Positions 22,340 through 30,779 of a stretch of 32,000 nt of DNA are shown in pieces (position 1 is the first letter of the stretch; each line of letters opens with the position of its first letter). This DNA comes from Thermococcus kodakarensis KOD1. GTDB taxonomy: Archaea > Methanobacteriota_B > Thermococci > Thermococcales > Thermococcaceae. The notes under the pieces were generated by a model that had not been told where the DNA came from, ran no database searches, and was given only the letters and a program-made list of their open reading frames with translations. The DNA is taken from NCBI RefSeq assembly GCF_000009965.1, contig NC_006624.1:1590001-1622000 (forward strand), written 5' to 3'. The position numbers were made by a program, and so were the translations under genes.

Positions 22340-24787
22340 TTACCTTCTCCTCCTGAGGAGGAGTGGCACGACTGCAAGGCCGACGAGGAATGCTGGACCG
22401 CAGATTCCACCGCCTTCCTCGCTGGTCTCAGTCGTTGTGGTCTGGGTCTCAGTCTCGGAGGTAGTCTGGGTGGAGGTCTCGGTCTCGGAGGTAGTAGTCG
22501 TGGTCTGGGTCTCAGTCTTAGTCTCGCCAACGGGGCGAGCACTCCTTATAGCCCAGTCAGAGGCAAGGCCCGCGACCGGGTCAACGAGCTTAATCTCGAT
22601 ATCCTTGCTGGCGGCGTAGAACTCCCAGTTCTCGTAGAGGAAGGTCCTGTAACCCTCGTATATTCCAATGGCAGTTCCGAGCCTGTTGAAGTCCCAGTAC
22701 TTATCCTCACTGTCCATCTTAACGCCGTTGGCCTCGCCAGAGTATATTACAAGGGCGAAGTCATCAGCGGTCCAGTTGAGGAGCGGCTGAATCTTGTCAA
22801 CGGTGTTGTAGTAGCTGAGTCCAAGGCTGTCGAGTCCAGCCTGAATGTCACCGTTGCCGAGGAACTTGAGAACCTCCTCAAGTGTAACCCTCTGGGTGTT
22901 CTCCGGAGTCCACTTCCAGCCAACGAGACCTGGGGCATACCAGTAGCTCGAGTAGTACTGGATGATCCTGGTCGTTGAGAACTTCACGTTGCTTGAGGAG
23001 ACCCAACCCTCTGTGTAGAAGTTCCACTGGTAGGAGCTCGGGTCGCTGGTGTAGACCGTACCGCTAGCAGTCCTTCTGTCAACGATCTTAGCCTCAGCGT
23101 CAAAGCCGAGCTTCTTAAGGACTTCCTCAACTATGTAAGTGGCAACGTCCTTCCTCTCGTCCTCAACACGTCCGAGACCAACGACTTTTACCGGCTCTCC
23201 GTTGAAGTACCACTTGCCGTCGTCGCCCTTCTTGAGCTCATAGCCCATCTTGGCAAGCTCCTGAGCAGCCTCCTGCATGCCCTCCTCGAACAGCTTCATA
23301 GCGAGGTCTTCGTCAGACTGCTCGGTGAGGCCGAAGGCATCAACGACCGGCCTAACGTATTCAAAGCCGGTCTCGGTTGATGTCCACGGAGTGAACATCG
23401 GCCCGGCACTTCCCTGGAAGATGTTCTGGGTTATGTAAGCCCTGTTAACGAGGTACTGGATGGCGAACCTGACCTTCCTGACGGCGAACGGGTTGAAGTA
23501 CTTCTTGTCACCAACGGTAATAACGTACGGGTTGTCCTGGTCGTGAACCGGGTTCCAGACGATGTCACCAAACGCTGAAGTGCTCCTGTAGAGCTTTATG
23601 TTGGCCCTCTGCTCGTCGCTCAGGCCAGTGAACCTGTAAGCCGCGAACGGGTACCAGAGAATGTCGTAGTGGCCGTTGGCAACTTCGAGGATTGCAGTGT
23701 CCTCGTTCTGGATACCGTAAACCTCAATGGTCTTGTAGTATGGATCAACCTGGTACTCCGGCTCGGCGAAGGCCGGGATGGTCCACTTGTCGAACTTCTT
23801 GATCCTAACGAAGAGGTTCTCTGGCTGGTACTCGTCAACGTAGTATGGACCCTGGCCGATAACGGCGTGATTGTGCTCGTCAATGAATTTGGCTATTGAG
23901 TCGTAAGCGGCGGTAGCGGCGTTCTCGTCCTCAATGTACGGCTTGAGGAACTCAGGAATCGGCTTGCTCTGTTTGAGCTCGAGAAGCTTCTCCTTTATGG
24001 CCTGAGCGTGGCTCGGGTTGATCTGGTCAAGCTGTTCAACGTCCTCGCTGGACTCACTCCAGGAGTACTTGGGGTTGTGGGCGACGAGCTCGCTCATCGC
24101 ATACCAGAGCTGCCAGGGGGTTCCGGTGAACGGAACAACGTAAGCGGCAGTCATTATCTCGCTGGCCGGGAAGTAGTGGTTGTGGTAAACGTCGAAGACC
24201 ATCCTGTCATCGGTCTGCTCGACGAGCTTGATACCGAGAATGGTGTTCATGTACTCGCCACTCCAGTCGGCCTCACTGGCGTCGTAGTATGGGTCGTCGT
24301 CGCCGTCCTGGGTGGTCCACTCCCAGCTCCAAGCAAGGCTGTACATCACATCGGCCGCGCTGAGCTTGTGGCCGTCGTGGAAGTACGGCCTGTCACACTC
24401 AATCCTAGCGTAGGTCTTAGCAGTTTCGCCGGCGTGAGCGGCAACCCATGTGTCCGTGGTTGAGTTAAAGATGACCGCATCCTCCGGAACGGTCACATCG
24501 GACTTGTAGTCAACAACGTGGCAGTGATACGGGTGCGGGACACCATCAATTCCATAGGGGATGCCGCTGTCGAAGACAAGGTCGGCAATCCTCCTGGAGT
24601 AGGTATCACTGTAACCTGAAGAACTCGGGTTCCAGACGCCCATGAACAGAGCGCCGCTTGAAGAGTATATGACTGTCTTCAGAACACTGTCGCTGTCTGC
24701 CGCAGCCACTGGCTTCACACTTGGCACCACGGCCAAGCTAAACAGCATCAGGCCCATAACGAACAGGCCTAGGACTTTCCTACTCAT
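22340..24787 (-). CDS. Family-5 ABC substrate-binding protein (815 aa) with Thr/Glu/Ser stalk and CGP-CTERM-type anchor
   Basis: It has a signal peptide (MSRKVLGLFVMGLMLFSLAVVPSVKPVAA) and a large SBP_bac_5-like body. A stalk ETKTETQTTTTTSETETSTQTTSETETQTTTTETSEE is followed by GGGICGPAFLVGLAVVPLLLRRRR. GGAGG lies upstream of the ATG. Confidence 0.9.
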   Translation of the reverse strand: MSRKVLGLFVMGLMLFSLAVVPSVKPVAAADSDSVLKTVIYSSSGALFMGVWNPSSSGYSDTYSRRIADLVFDSGIPYGIDGVPHPYHCHVVDYKSDVTVPEDAVIFNSTTDTWVAAHAGETAKTYARIECDRPYFHDGHKLSAADVMYSLAWSWEWTTQDGDDDPYYDASEADWSGEYMNTILGIKLVEQTDDRMVFDVYHNHYFPASEIMTAAYVVPFTGTPWQLWYAMSELVAHNPKYSWSESSEDVEQLDQINPSHAQAIKEKLLELKQSKPIPEFLKPYIEDENAATAAYDSIAKFIDEHNHAVIGQGPYYVDEYQPENLFVRIKKFDKWTIPAFAEPEYQVDPYYKTIEVYGIQNEDTAILEVANGHYDILWYPFAAYRFTGLSDEQRANIKLYRSTSAFGDIVWNPVHDQDNPYVITVGDKKYFNPFAVRKVRFAIQYLVNRAYITQNIFQGSAGPMFTPWTSTETGFEYVRPVVDAFGLTEQSDEDLAMKLFEEGMQEAAQELAKMGYELKKGDDGKWYFNGEPVKVVGLGRVEDERKDVATYIVEEVLKKLGFDAEAKIVDRRTASGTVYTSDPSSYQWNFYTEGWVSSSNVKFSTTRIIQYYSSYWYAPGLVGWKWTPENTQRVTLEEVLKFLGNGDIQAGLDSLGLSYYNTVDKIQPLLNWTADDFALVIYSGEANGVKMDSEDKYWDFNRLGTAIGIYEGYRTFLYENWEFYAASKDIEIKLVDPVAGLASDWAIRSARPVGETKTETQTTTTTSETETSTQTTSETETQTTTTETSEEGGGICGPAFLVGLAVVPLLLRRRR

Positions 24788-25127
24788 ATTCCACTGCCTC
24801 CTTCAAATTTATAGCAGCATTTGCCATATACGGCGTGTAATGGCATGATGCTATACATTCGAGACCTATTTAAGGGTTACGTTAGAAACTTTGAGCGGAT
24901 AGAAAAACGGGCTGAAAAAAGCCCCACAATCGCATATTTCGAACAAAGACGCTTTATAATATAATTGCGCCGCATATTTTCCATTAAAAGCATTTTCAAA
25001 ACTCTGTAATTCAATCTACAGGCAAAAAGGAACTAAACTTCCTGAAGAAAACCAGAAAAAGGGTACGAACGGAGAAATCCGAGCAAAAAACTTAAAACTT
25101 GGGAAGGTTAAGCCCGCGTGGGCACTC

Positions 25128-26357
25128 ATGCACGAGCTGGTTCTGTCCGGAAGGTTTGTACTGAACGGTGAGATAGTCGGGGGGAGCATCGGTATAGACA
25201 ACGGCCTTATAACAGAAATCTCCAGGAGAGACATTAAAGGTGAAGAAGTCATAGCCTTCAAGAGCGAGATTATACTACCAGGATTGATAGACACCCACGT
25301 CCACCTGAGGGATTTCGAACAGAAGGAAAAGGAGACCGTGGAAAGCGGTACTAAGGCGGCCCTCCATGGGGGCATAACGGCGGTCTTTGACATGCCGAAC
25401 ACAAAGCCTCCCATCATGGACGTTAAAACTTTCGAAAAGAGGTTGAGTATCCTTGAGAAACACGCCTATTCAGACTACGCGGCAAGCTTTCTCCTCGCCG
25501 GAAACTGTGGGGAAGCATCCCGGGCGAGGGCGGATTTCTACAAGATATTCATGGGAGCCTCGACGGGGGGGATTTTCTCGGAGAACTTTGAAAGCGACTA
25601 CTCATGCGCCCCTGGAATCGTCAGCGTTCATGCCGAAGACCCAGAGACCATAAGGGAAAACCCTGAGCGGCCTCCCGAGGCGGAAATTCGGGCAATAAAG
25701 AAAGCCCTGACTGCCGCTGAAAAGTTGAGGAAGCCCCTAAACGTATGCCACGTGTCAACCGTGGGTGGAATTGAGGCAATAATCAAAAAGAACCTCCCCT
25801 GGGTAAGCTTCGAGGTAACTCCCCATCATCTCTTTTTAACTTCAAAAGACTTTGAGAGGAACCCCTTGCTAAAGGTCTACCCGCCGCTGAGAAGTGAAGA
25901 GCACCGAAAAGCCCTCTGGGAAAACTTCTCCAGAATACCAATAATAGCAAGCGACCATGCCCCGCACACAATTGAGGACAAAGAAGCAGGCGCAGCGGGA
26001 ATCCCCGGCCTGGAGACTGAGGTGGCGCTCCTTCTGGACGCCGCGAACAGGGGACTTATAACTGTATTTGACATCGTTGAGAAGATGCATGACAACCCCG
26101 TGAGGTTCTTTGGGATCAAAGGGCGCGATTTCTCACTGGGGAATGAAGCAACCTTCACGATAATTGACCCGAAGAAGGAGTGGAAAGTCAAGCCCGAGGA
26201 GTTCTACACAAAGGCGAAATGGAGCCCATGGGAAGGGAAAAAACTGAAGGGAAAGGTCGTGATGACCGTTATCAGGGGAATGGTCGTTATGGAAGGGGAC
26301 GAAATCATTGAGGAGCCGAAGGGGGTAAGGCTGGATGTACAGGGTGGTAACCATTGA
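25128..26357 (+). CDS. pyrC: Dihydroorotase
   Basis: The amidohydrolase metal motif GLIDTHVHLRD is present, along with KAALHGGITAVFDMPNT, VSVHAED, CHVST and IASDHAPH. Confidence 0.93.
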   Translation: MHELVLSGRFVLNGEIVGGSIGIDNGLITEISRRDIKGEEVIAFKSEIILPGLIDTHVHLRDFEQKEKETVESGTKAALHGGITAVFDMPNTKPPIMDVKTFEKRLSILEKHAYSDYAASFLLAGNCGEASRARADFYKIFMGASTGGIFSENFESDYSCAPGIVSVHAEDPETIRENPERPPEAEIRAIKKALTAAEKLRKPLNVCHVSTVGGIEAIIKKNLPWVSFEVTPHHLFLTSKDFERNPLLKVYPPLRSEEHRKALWENFSRIPIIASDHAPHTIEDKEAGAAGIPGLETEVALLLDAANRGLITVFDIVEKMHDNPVRFFGIKGRDFSLGNEATFTIIDPKKEWKVKPEEFYTKAKWSPWEGKKLKGKVVMTVIRGMVVMEGDEIIEEPKGVRLDVQGGNH

Positions 26358-27036
26358 GGAAGTATGGGACGTGGCAAAGGACGTGAAGGCTTTCAGGTTC
26401 AACGAGAACATTGAGTTCGCACCCGGGCAGTTCATTATGGCCTGGCTTCCGGGTGTTGGAGAGAAGCCATTCAGCCTAGCATGGGAAGACATGATAGTCG
26501 TGAAGCGCGTGGGACCCTTCACGACCAAGCTGTTTGAGCTGAAAGAAGGGGACAGACTTTGGATCAGGGGGCCCTACGGCCATGGATTCATTAAGAGGGG
26601 CGAAAAAGTAGCCCTCGTCGGCGGGGGAATAGGGATTCCGCCCCTGTATGCTTTCGCAAAGAAGAACCAGGGGAAATTCAGGCAGATGACCCTTATATAC
26701 GGCGCCCGCTCAAAGGACGAACTTTCTCTCCTAGACATTGAGAACTACGTGGACGATGCCGTAATAACGACTGACGACGGCTCCGCTGGGAGGAAGGGCT
26801 TTCCAACCGAAGTGCTCGCCGAGAGAAGGGAAGAGTTCGACCAGGTCTACGCCTGCGGCCCGGAGCCGATGCTGAAGGCCGTGCTGAAAGTAATGAACTA
26901 CAAGAATGTCCAGATATCGGCGGAAAGGTATATGAAGTGCGGTATAGGTGTCTGCGGCTCCTGCAACCTCGGGAAATATCTCGTCTGCAGGGATGGGCCC
27001 GTCTTTGAGGGAGAAAAGCTCGTTGGACTTCTGTGA
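26335..27036 (+). CDS. pyrK: Dihydroorotate dehydrogenase electron-transfer subunit (PyrK-like FAD/[2Fe-2S] protein)
   Basis: It has an FNR-like fold (FRFNE..FAPGQFIM, RGPYGHGF, VALVGGGIGIPPL). The C-terminal cluster motif is MKCGIGVCGSCNLGKYLVCRDGPVF. It overlaps pyrC by 23 nt. PyrK paralogues also serve hydrogenase or sulfide dehydrogenase complexes, so the assignment rests partly on linkage to pyrC. Confidence 0.82.
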   Translation: MYRVVTIEEVWDVAKDVKAFRFNENIEFAPGQFIMAWLPGVGEKPFSLAWEDMIVVKRVGPFTTKLFELKEGDRLWIRGPYGHGFIKRGEKVALVGGGIGIPPLYAFAKKNQGKFRQMTLIYGARSKDELSLLDIENYVDDAVITTDDGSAGRKGFPTEVLAERREEFDQVYACGPEPMLKAVLKVMNYKNVQISAERYMKCGIGVCGSCNLGKYLVCRDGPVFEGEKLVGLL

Positions 27037-27083
27037 CCAATTACCTTTTTAAACCCACTTTTTCTGCTCTTCCCGGTGAGAAG

Positions 27084-27992
27084 ATGGGTATAAAAATGAG
27101 GTGGGAAGACTTTGCGAGGAGCATGGGTGTCGAGCCCCAGATACTCGAGAACAAAGAGGCGAGACTCCTAAAACAGTTCGTGATGGATTTGAAGTTTCCA
27201 ACTCACTGCCAGGGCTGCCAGGGTCTTGATTTAAATAACCCTAATCCAGTTCACCATCCGAGCTATGAGCTGACTCCCGCATGCAACCACGACTGTATCT
27301 TCTGCTATTCAAACGTCGCAGTGAAGCTCGGGAAGGCACCGAAGCCGGGCTACTACGGGTGGGAAAACCCTTACGCGATAACCGTCTCCCAGTATGGAGA
27401 ACCGCTGATAAGCCCGCGCATAGTCGAAGTTAACAGGATGCTCCGCGAGAAGTTTCCGAATGCGAGGTTAGACCTCCAGACCAACGGCTCCCTCCTGACC
27501 GAGGAGCTGTGGGCAAAGCTTGACTTTGACCTAGTCATGATAAGCCTCGACGCCGCGAGCAGAGAGAAGCACCTCAAGATTACAAACGCGGACACTTTCG
27601 AGGCTGTTGTCAACGCCCTCAGGATCGTTGGTTCGGACAAGTCCGTCCGCTCGGTTGTGAGGACCATCTTCATGCCGGGCATAAACGACGAGGACATACC
27701 GAAGATAGCGGAGCTCGCCGCTTCCCTCGGAATAGACGAGATGATGCTCCAGCCGCTAACCATTCACGAGCTTAACGTTGAGAGACTGAAGAAAGCCGGT
27801 CTGGACTTCGAGAGAGCAGAGAGCATAAGGGAGTTTCTCAAGGCGGCTATGGAAGCCAAAAAGCATATAGACGTGAGGATAAGCGGCTGCCAGCTTGCGA
27901 TATACAGGACGATGGACCCATTGACGCTTTTCAGCGCGAAGAGAGTCGCTAGAGAAGTGGCACCTGTAGTTAAGAGGGAGAGGCTCCTGTGA
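27084..27992 (+). CDS. Radical SAM protein of unknown function
   Basis: It carries CNHDCIFCY (CX3CX2C) with the downstream SQYGEPL and QTNGSLL motifs. An additional N-terminal CQGC pair is present. I chose the ATG at 27084 after GGTGA; the ORF-track GTG at 27033 overlaps the pyrK stop and is probably not used. Confidence 0.85.
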   Translation: MGIKMRWEDFARSMGVEPQILENKEARLLKQFVMDLKFPTHCQGCQGLDLNNPNPVHHPSYELTPACNHDCIFCYSNVAVKLGKAPKPGYYGWENPYAITVSQYGEPLISPRIVEVNRMLREKFPNARLDLQTNGSLLTEELWAKLDFDLVMISLDAASREKHLKITNADTFEAVVNALRIVGSDKSVRSVVRTIFMPGINDEDIPKIAELAASLGIDEMMLQPLTIHELNVERLKKAGLDFERAESIREFLKAAMEAKKHIDVRISGCQLAIYRTMDPLTLFSAKRVAREVAPVVKRERLL

Positions 27993-28052
27993 GGGAGATG
28001 CGTTTCAGGATTGACCCTAAAACTCAGTCACCTTAGACTGTGAGCAACATCT

Positions 28053-28751
28053 ATGGGCGAAAATTTATTTTCAGCACTCCTAAACATACAAGCGGTGGAC
28101 TTAATGGACATCTGGACGCTGGTGGCGGTTTATATCTTGATATTCCTTTCCCTTGCGAACCTCTTCATCAAGCCAATCCTTTTTGCAAAGCGGATGGCTG
28201 GCAAAGTTTTGAAGAAGCTCCTCCGCGTCCGGGTTCCAGAGAATCAAAAGAAAGGTGTAGAGAGATTATATACCCCAATCTGGGTCATCATTGGCCTCTG
28301 GGCCTTTTTCAAGCTGAAGGATGCAAGCCTGCTCGGCGCGGTCTTCGGTCTTTTAGCCTTCCGGAGCGGGGCGAACATAACGAGGCTCCTGGTCTACTCC
28401 AGCCACGATGGAAAGATTCTCAAGGAGATGGCAGAGGGAAGGGTTTTGGGCATCCTTGAAAAAGCCGTCAGGATTTCTCTAATACTCGAAGCGGCGTTCC
28501 CATTTGCCATGTTGCTGGCGTACAAGACTCTAAGTGCTGTAACGATTTCGCACGGGAGCGTAGGAAAGTTCCTCCTGGAGCTTTGGGTCGCCGGGGCGAT
28601 TTTCGGGCTGGTATTTGGATACTTGATAGCGAAGGACAACAGGGGTCTGCTCCTTGAAGACAGTGTTGAGGCTCTAACATTTATGATAGCACTGAAAGGG
28701 AAGCAGAAGGCGGAAAAGGCAAAGGAGAGAATAAAGTTCAGAGCTCCCTGA
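28053..28751 (+). CDS. Hypothetical polytopic membrane protein
   Basis: The 232-aa protein has about 5 hydrophobic helices and a lysine-rich C-terminus. I recognise no family. Its 3' end overlaps the convergent glucanotransferase gene by 14 nt. Confidence 0.7.
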   Translation: MGENLFSALLNIQAVDLMDIWTLVAVYILIFLSLANLFIKPILFAKRMAGKVLKKLLRVRVPENQKKGVERLYTPIWVIIGLWAFFKLKDASLLGAVFGLLAFRSGANITRLLVYSSHDGKILKEMAEGRVLGILEKAVRISLILEAAFPFAMLLAYKTLSAVTISHGSVGKFLLELWVAGAIFGLVFGYLIAKDNRGLLLEDSVEALTFMIALKGKQKAEKAKERIKFRAP

Positions 28752-30693
28752 AGCGGAGTCTGAACCTGAGTTCTCCCTCGACAGGGAATAGAACGGTGTA
28801 GCTAACGCCCTGCTGGATGAAGTCCCACCCACTCTCACTCTGGCTGAGGGTCTTTATTGGGTACTTCCAGACTTTTGCCCTTCTGTCGAGCTCTATCTCG
28901 ACCTTTCCGATGCCGTAGGGGTCGTTCACCTCGAACTTCTCTGCCTCGAACTCGGCCGGCTCCTCCATGACGCTGTGGACTGCCAGGTTGAGCTCGACGC
29001 CGAAGAGGGCTCTGGCATCGCTTCTGACGGTGTAGTCCACTATGAAACCGTCCTCGGTGAGCCTAACCGACTTTTCCACACGTGCTGGCCTCTTAGCAAC
29101 GCTTCCATCGCGCTCAAGGGTTATTCCGTTCTCAATAAGGCTGAAGTTGTAAGCACCGGTGAGGAAGTCCCCAAGCTCGATGTAGCGGCTCAGCCTGTAC
29201 TCATCGAGCGTCGTCTCTGGCTCAAGGAAGTGGTCCTGCAGAATTGCCCTTAGATGGCTGTCGTAGGCAAGCTCACGCCTTATCTCGTCGGGAATCTGCT
29301 TTCCAAGCTCGTGGATGCTGGCGACTCCTTCACCACCTTCTTCCGGTGTAGCGGCCTCTGGAACCTCGTGGTAGTGCTCCCAGCGCCTCGCGAGAACGTC
29401 ATTGTAGTTGACCGCCTTTCTCTTGGAGGAGAGCTCGAAGAGGGCTCCGCCGTATGCTGGTTTGAAGACGGCGTAGAAGTTCTCGTTCTCGATGAAGACC
29501 TCGTCCCTGCCGTCGAAGTCGATGTCCCTCACGAAATTCCCCGTCTTAACGTGGCTCTGAGCCTTTATTATGTTCTCCCAGACAGCCCTGCGGAGGTGCG
29601 GGAGGTAGACACCGCCGAAGACGCCGTGCCAGTAGGCGTCGTTGCACTGGGCCCTGAGGATGAATTCCCTCGCCTCGGGGTTGTTTCTCACGGCCTTACT
29701 CACCATCAGCATGCGCTTGTGCATGTAGTTGCTCTCCGGGTACTTGAAGAAGAAGTTCTTCCAGATTCCGCCGCGGACGAAGACGCGATAGCGGTCGAAC
29801 TTGTTCTCTTTCTTTAGCTCTTCGACGAACTCCACGAAGAGCTTGGCCTGCCTCGCCGGGAGGCTCCACTCGCTCATCTCGAAGTATGAAGCTATCGGGA
29901 GGTAAACCAGACCGCGCGGCCTGAACCTCTGGAGGTATTCAGAGTAGAGCATGAGGTTTATCCTCTCGTCGCTTGAAACCCTATCGAAGAACTCCCTGAG
30001 CCAGCCCTTCTCGTAGACCCACTCGTAGGTTCCGGGCCAGACCCCGAACTTCTCACCGTCATCGTGGAAGACCGCAACCTTGCTCTCATCACCATCATCG
30101 AGGGAGTGTAGGTATTCGAGGGTCTTATCAACGGGGCGGAAGGGGATCAAATACCTGAGCTTCTCGTCTATCGGGAAAACCGTTATGACTTCACCGCCAT
30201 CCTCGGTGTAGTACGGCCAGAACAGCTCATCCTTTGAGAGGCCCGCGCTCATGAAGTGGTAGTCGTCAACTATGACGTAATCTATTCCAGCAGCGCGGAG
30301 GCTTTTCACGAGCTCCGGCTGCCAGACCCTCTCAGTGAGCCAGACGCCCCTCGCTTCGTAGCCGAGATTCCTGGCGAACTCCTTGAGCTTCTCGATCTGG
30401 ACTATCCTATCTTCCTTCGGAATCGAGGCAAGAACGGGCTCGTAGAAGCCAGCCACCACTATCTCAAGCTGTCCCCTCTTGACGAGCGAGCGGAGCAAAT
30501 CGAGGTGTTCTGGCTTGTTGTCGCGTATCCACTCAAGGAGCGGGCCGGAGTAATGAACGGCCACCTTCATGTTAGGGTACTCCTCAAGGGTCTCCATGAA
30601 GGGCCTATAGGACCTCTCGTAGGCGCTCTCCATAACCCATCCAAAGTTTCCAAGGGGCTGATGGTTGTGGATACCAAATATGAAGTTCACCAT
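28738..30693 (-). CDS. GH57 4-alpha-glucanotransferase (amylomaltase-type, Thermococcus litoralis-like)
   Basis: It appears largely identical to my recollection of the T. litoralis/T. kodakarensis enzyme: NFIFGIHNHQPLGNFGWV, HYSGPLLEWI, WLTERVWQPE, FHDDGEKFGVWPG, CNDAYWHGVFGG. I chose the ATG at 30693, which has GGTGA 5 nt upstream; the ATG at 30699 is an alternative. Confidence 0.96.
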   Translation of the reverse strand: MVNFIFGIHNHQPLGNFGWVMESAYERSYRPFMETLEEYPNMKVAVHYSGPLLEWIRDNKPEHLDLLRSLVKRGQLEIVVAGFYEPVLASIPKEDRIVQIEKLKEFARNLGYEARGVWLTERVWQPELVKSLRAAGIDYVIVDDYHFMSAGLSKDELFWPYYTEDGGEVITVFPIDEKLRYLIPFRPVDKTLEYLHSLDDGDESKVAVFHDDGEKFGVWPGTYEWVYEKGWLREFFDRVSSDERINLMLYSEYLQRFRPRGLVYLPIASYFEMSEWSLPARQAKLFVEFVEELKKENKFDRYRVFVRGGIWKNFFFKYPESNYMHKRMLMVSKAVRNNPEAREFILRAQCNDAYWHGVFGGVYLPHLRRAVWENIIKAQSHVKTGNFVRDIDFDGRDEVFIENENFYAVFKPAYGGALFELSSKRKAVNYNDVLARRWEHYHEVPEAATPEEGGEGVASIHELGKQIPDEIRRELAYDSHLRAILQDHFLEPETTLDEYRLSRYIELGDFLTGAYNFSLIENGITLERDGSVAKRPARVEKSVRLTEDGFIVDYTVRSDARALFGVELNLAVHSVMEEPAEFEAEKFEVNDPYGIGKVEIELDRRAKVWKYPIKTLSQSESGWDFIQQGVSYTVLFPVEGELRFRLRFREL

Positions 30694-30715
30694 CTCCATC
30701 ACCGACAAGCTTTGT

Positions 30716-30732
30716 TATCACTGGAGGTGATA
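30716..30732. promoter_or_regulatory. Thermococcales glycolytic motif (TGM) TATCAC-N5-GTGATA
   Basis: This is an exact match, TATCACTGGAGGTGATA. It lies downstream of the TATA (minus strand TTTATATG, 30746..30753) and overlaps the predicted TSS of the glucanotransferase gene. Confidence 0.8.
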
Positions 30733-30779
30733 TGGTAAAGAAAGGCATATAAACCTTTTCTTCAGGACTCAGTGGAAGA

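Noticed and set aside
22400-22520. Short tandem DNA repeats (ggtctc.. / ggaggtagt.. units), considered as a CRISPR or satellite repeat.
   Set aside because: They are in frame within the binding-protein gene and encode the Thr/Glu/Ser stalk. There is no repeat-spacer periodicity, so this is not a CRISPR array.
25029-25042. GGAA-N6-TTCC interpreted as an NrpR nitrogen operator.
   Set aside because: The sequence matches the methanogen NrpR operator consensus. However, it sits upstream of pyrC rather than glnA, the glnA promoter in this window lacks it, and I have no evidence that this lineage encodes NrpR. I kept it only as an unexplained palindrome within the pyrC upstream finding.
25016-25417. 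133-aa minus-strand ORF spanning the pyrC start region.
   Set aside because: It is antisense to the well-supported dihydroorotase N-terminus and has an implausible composition with no start-site signals.
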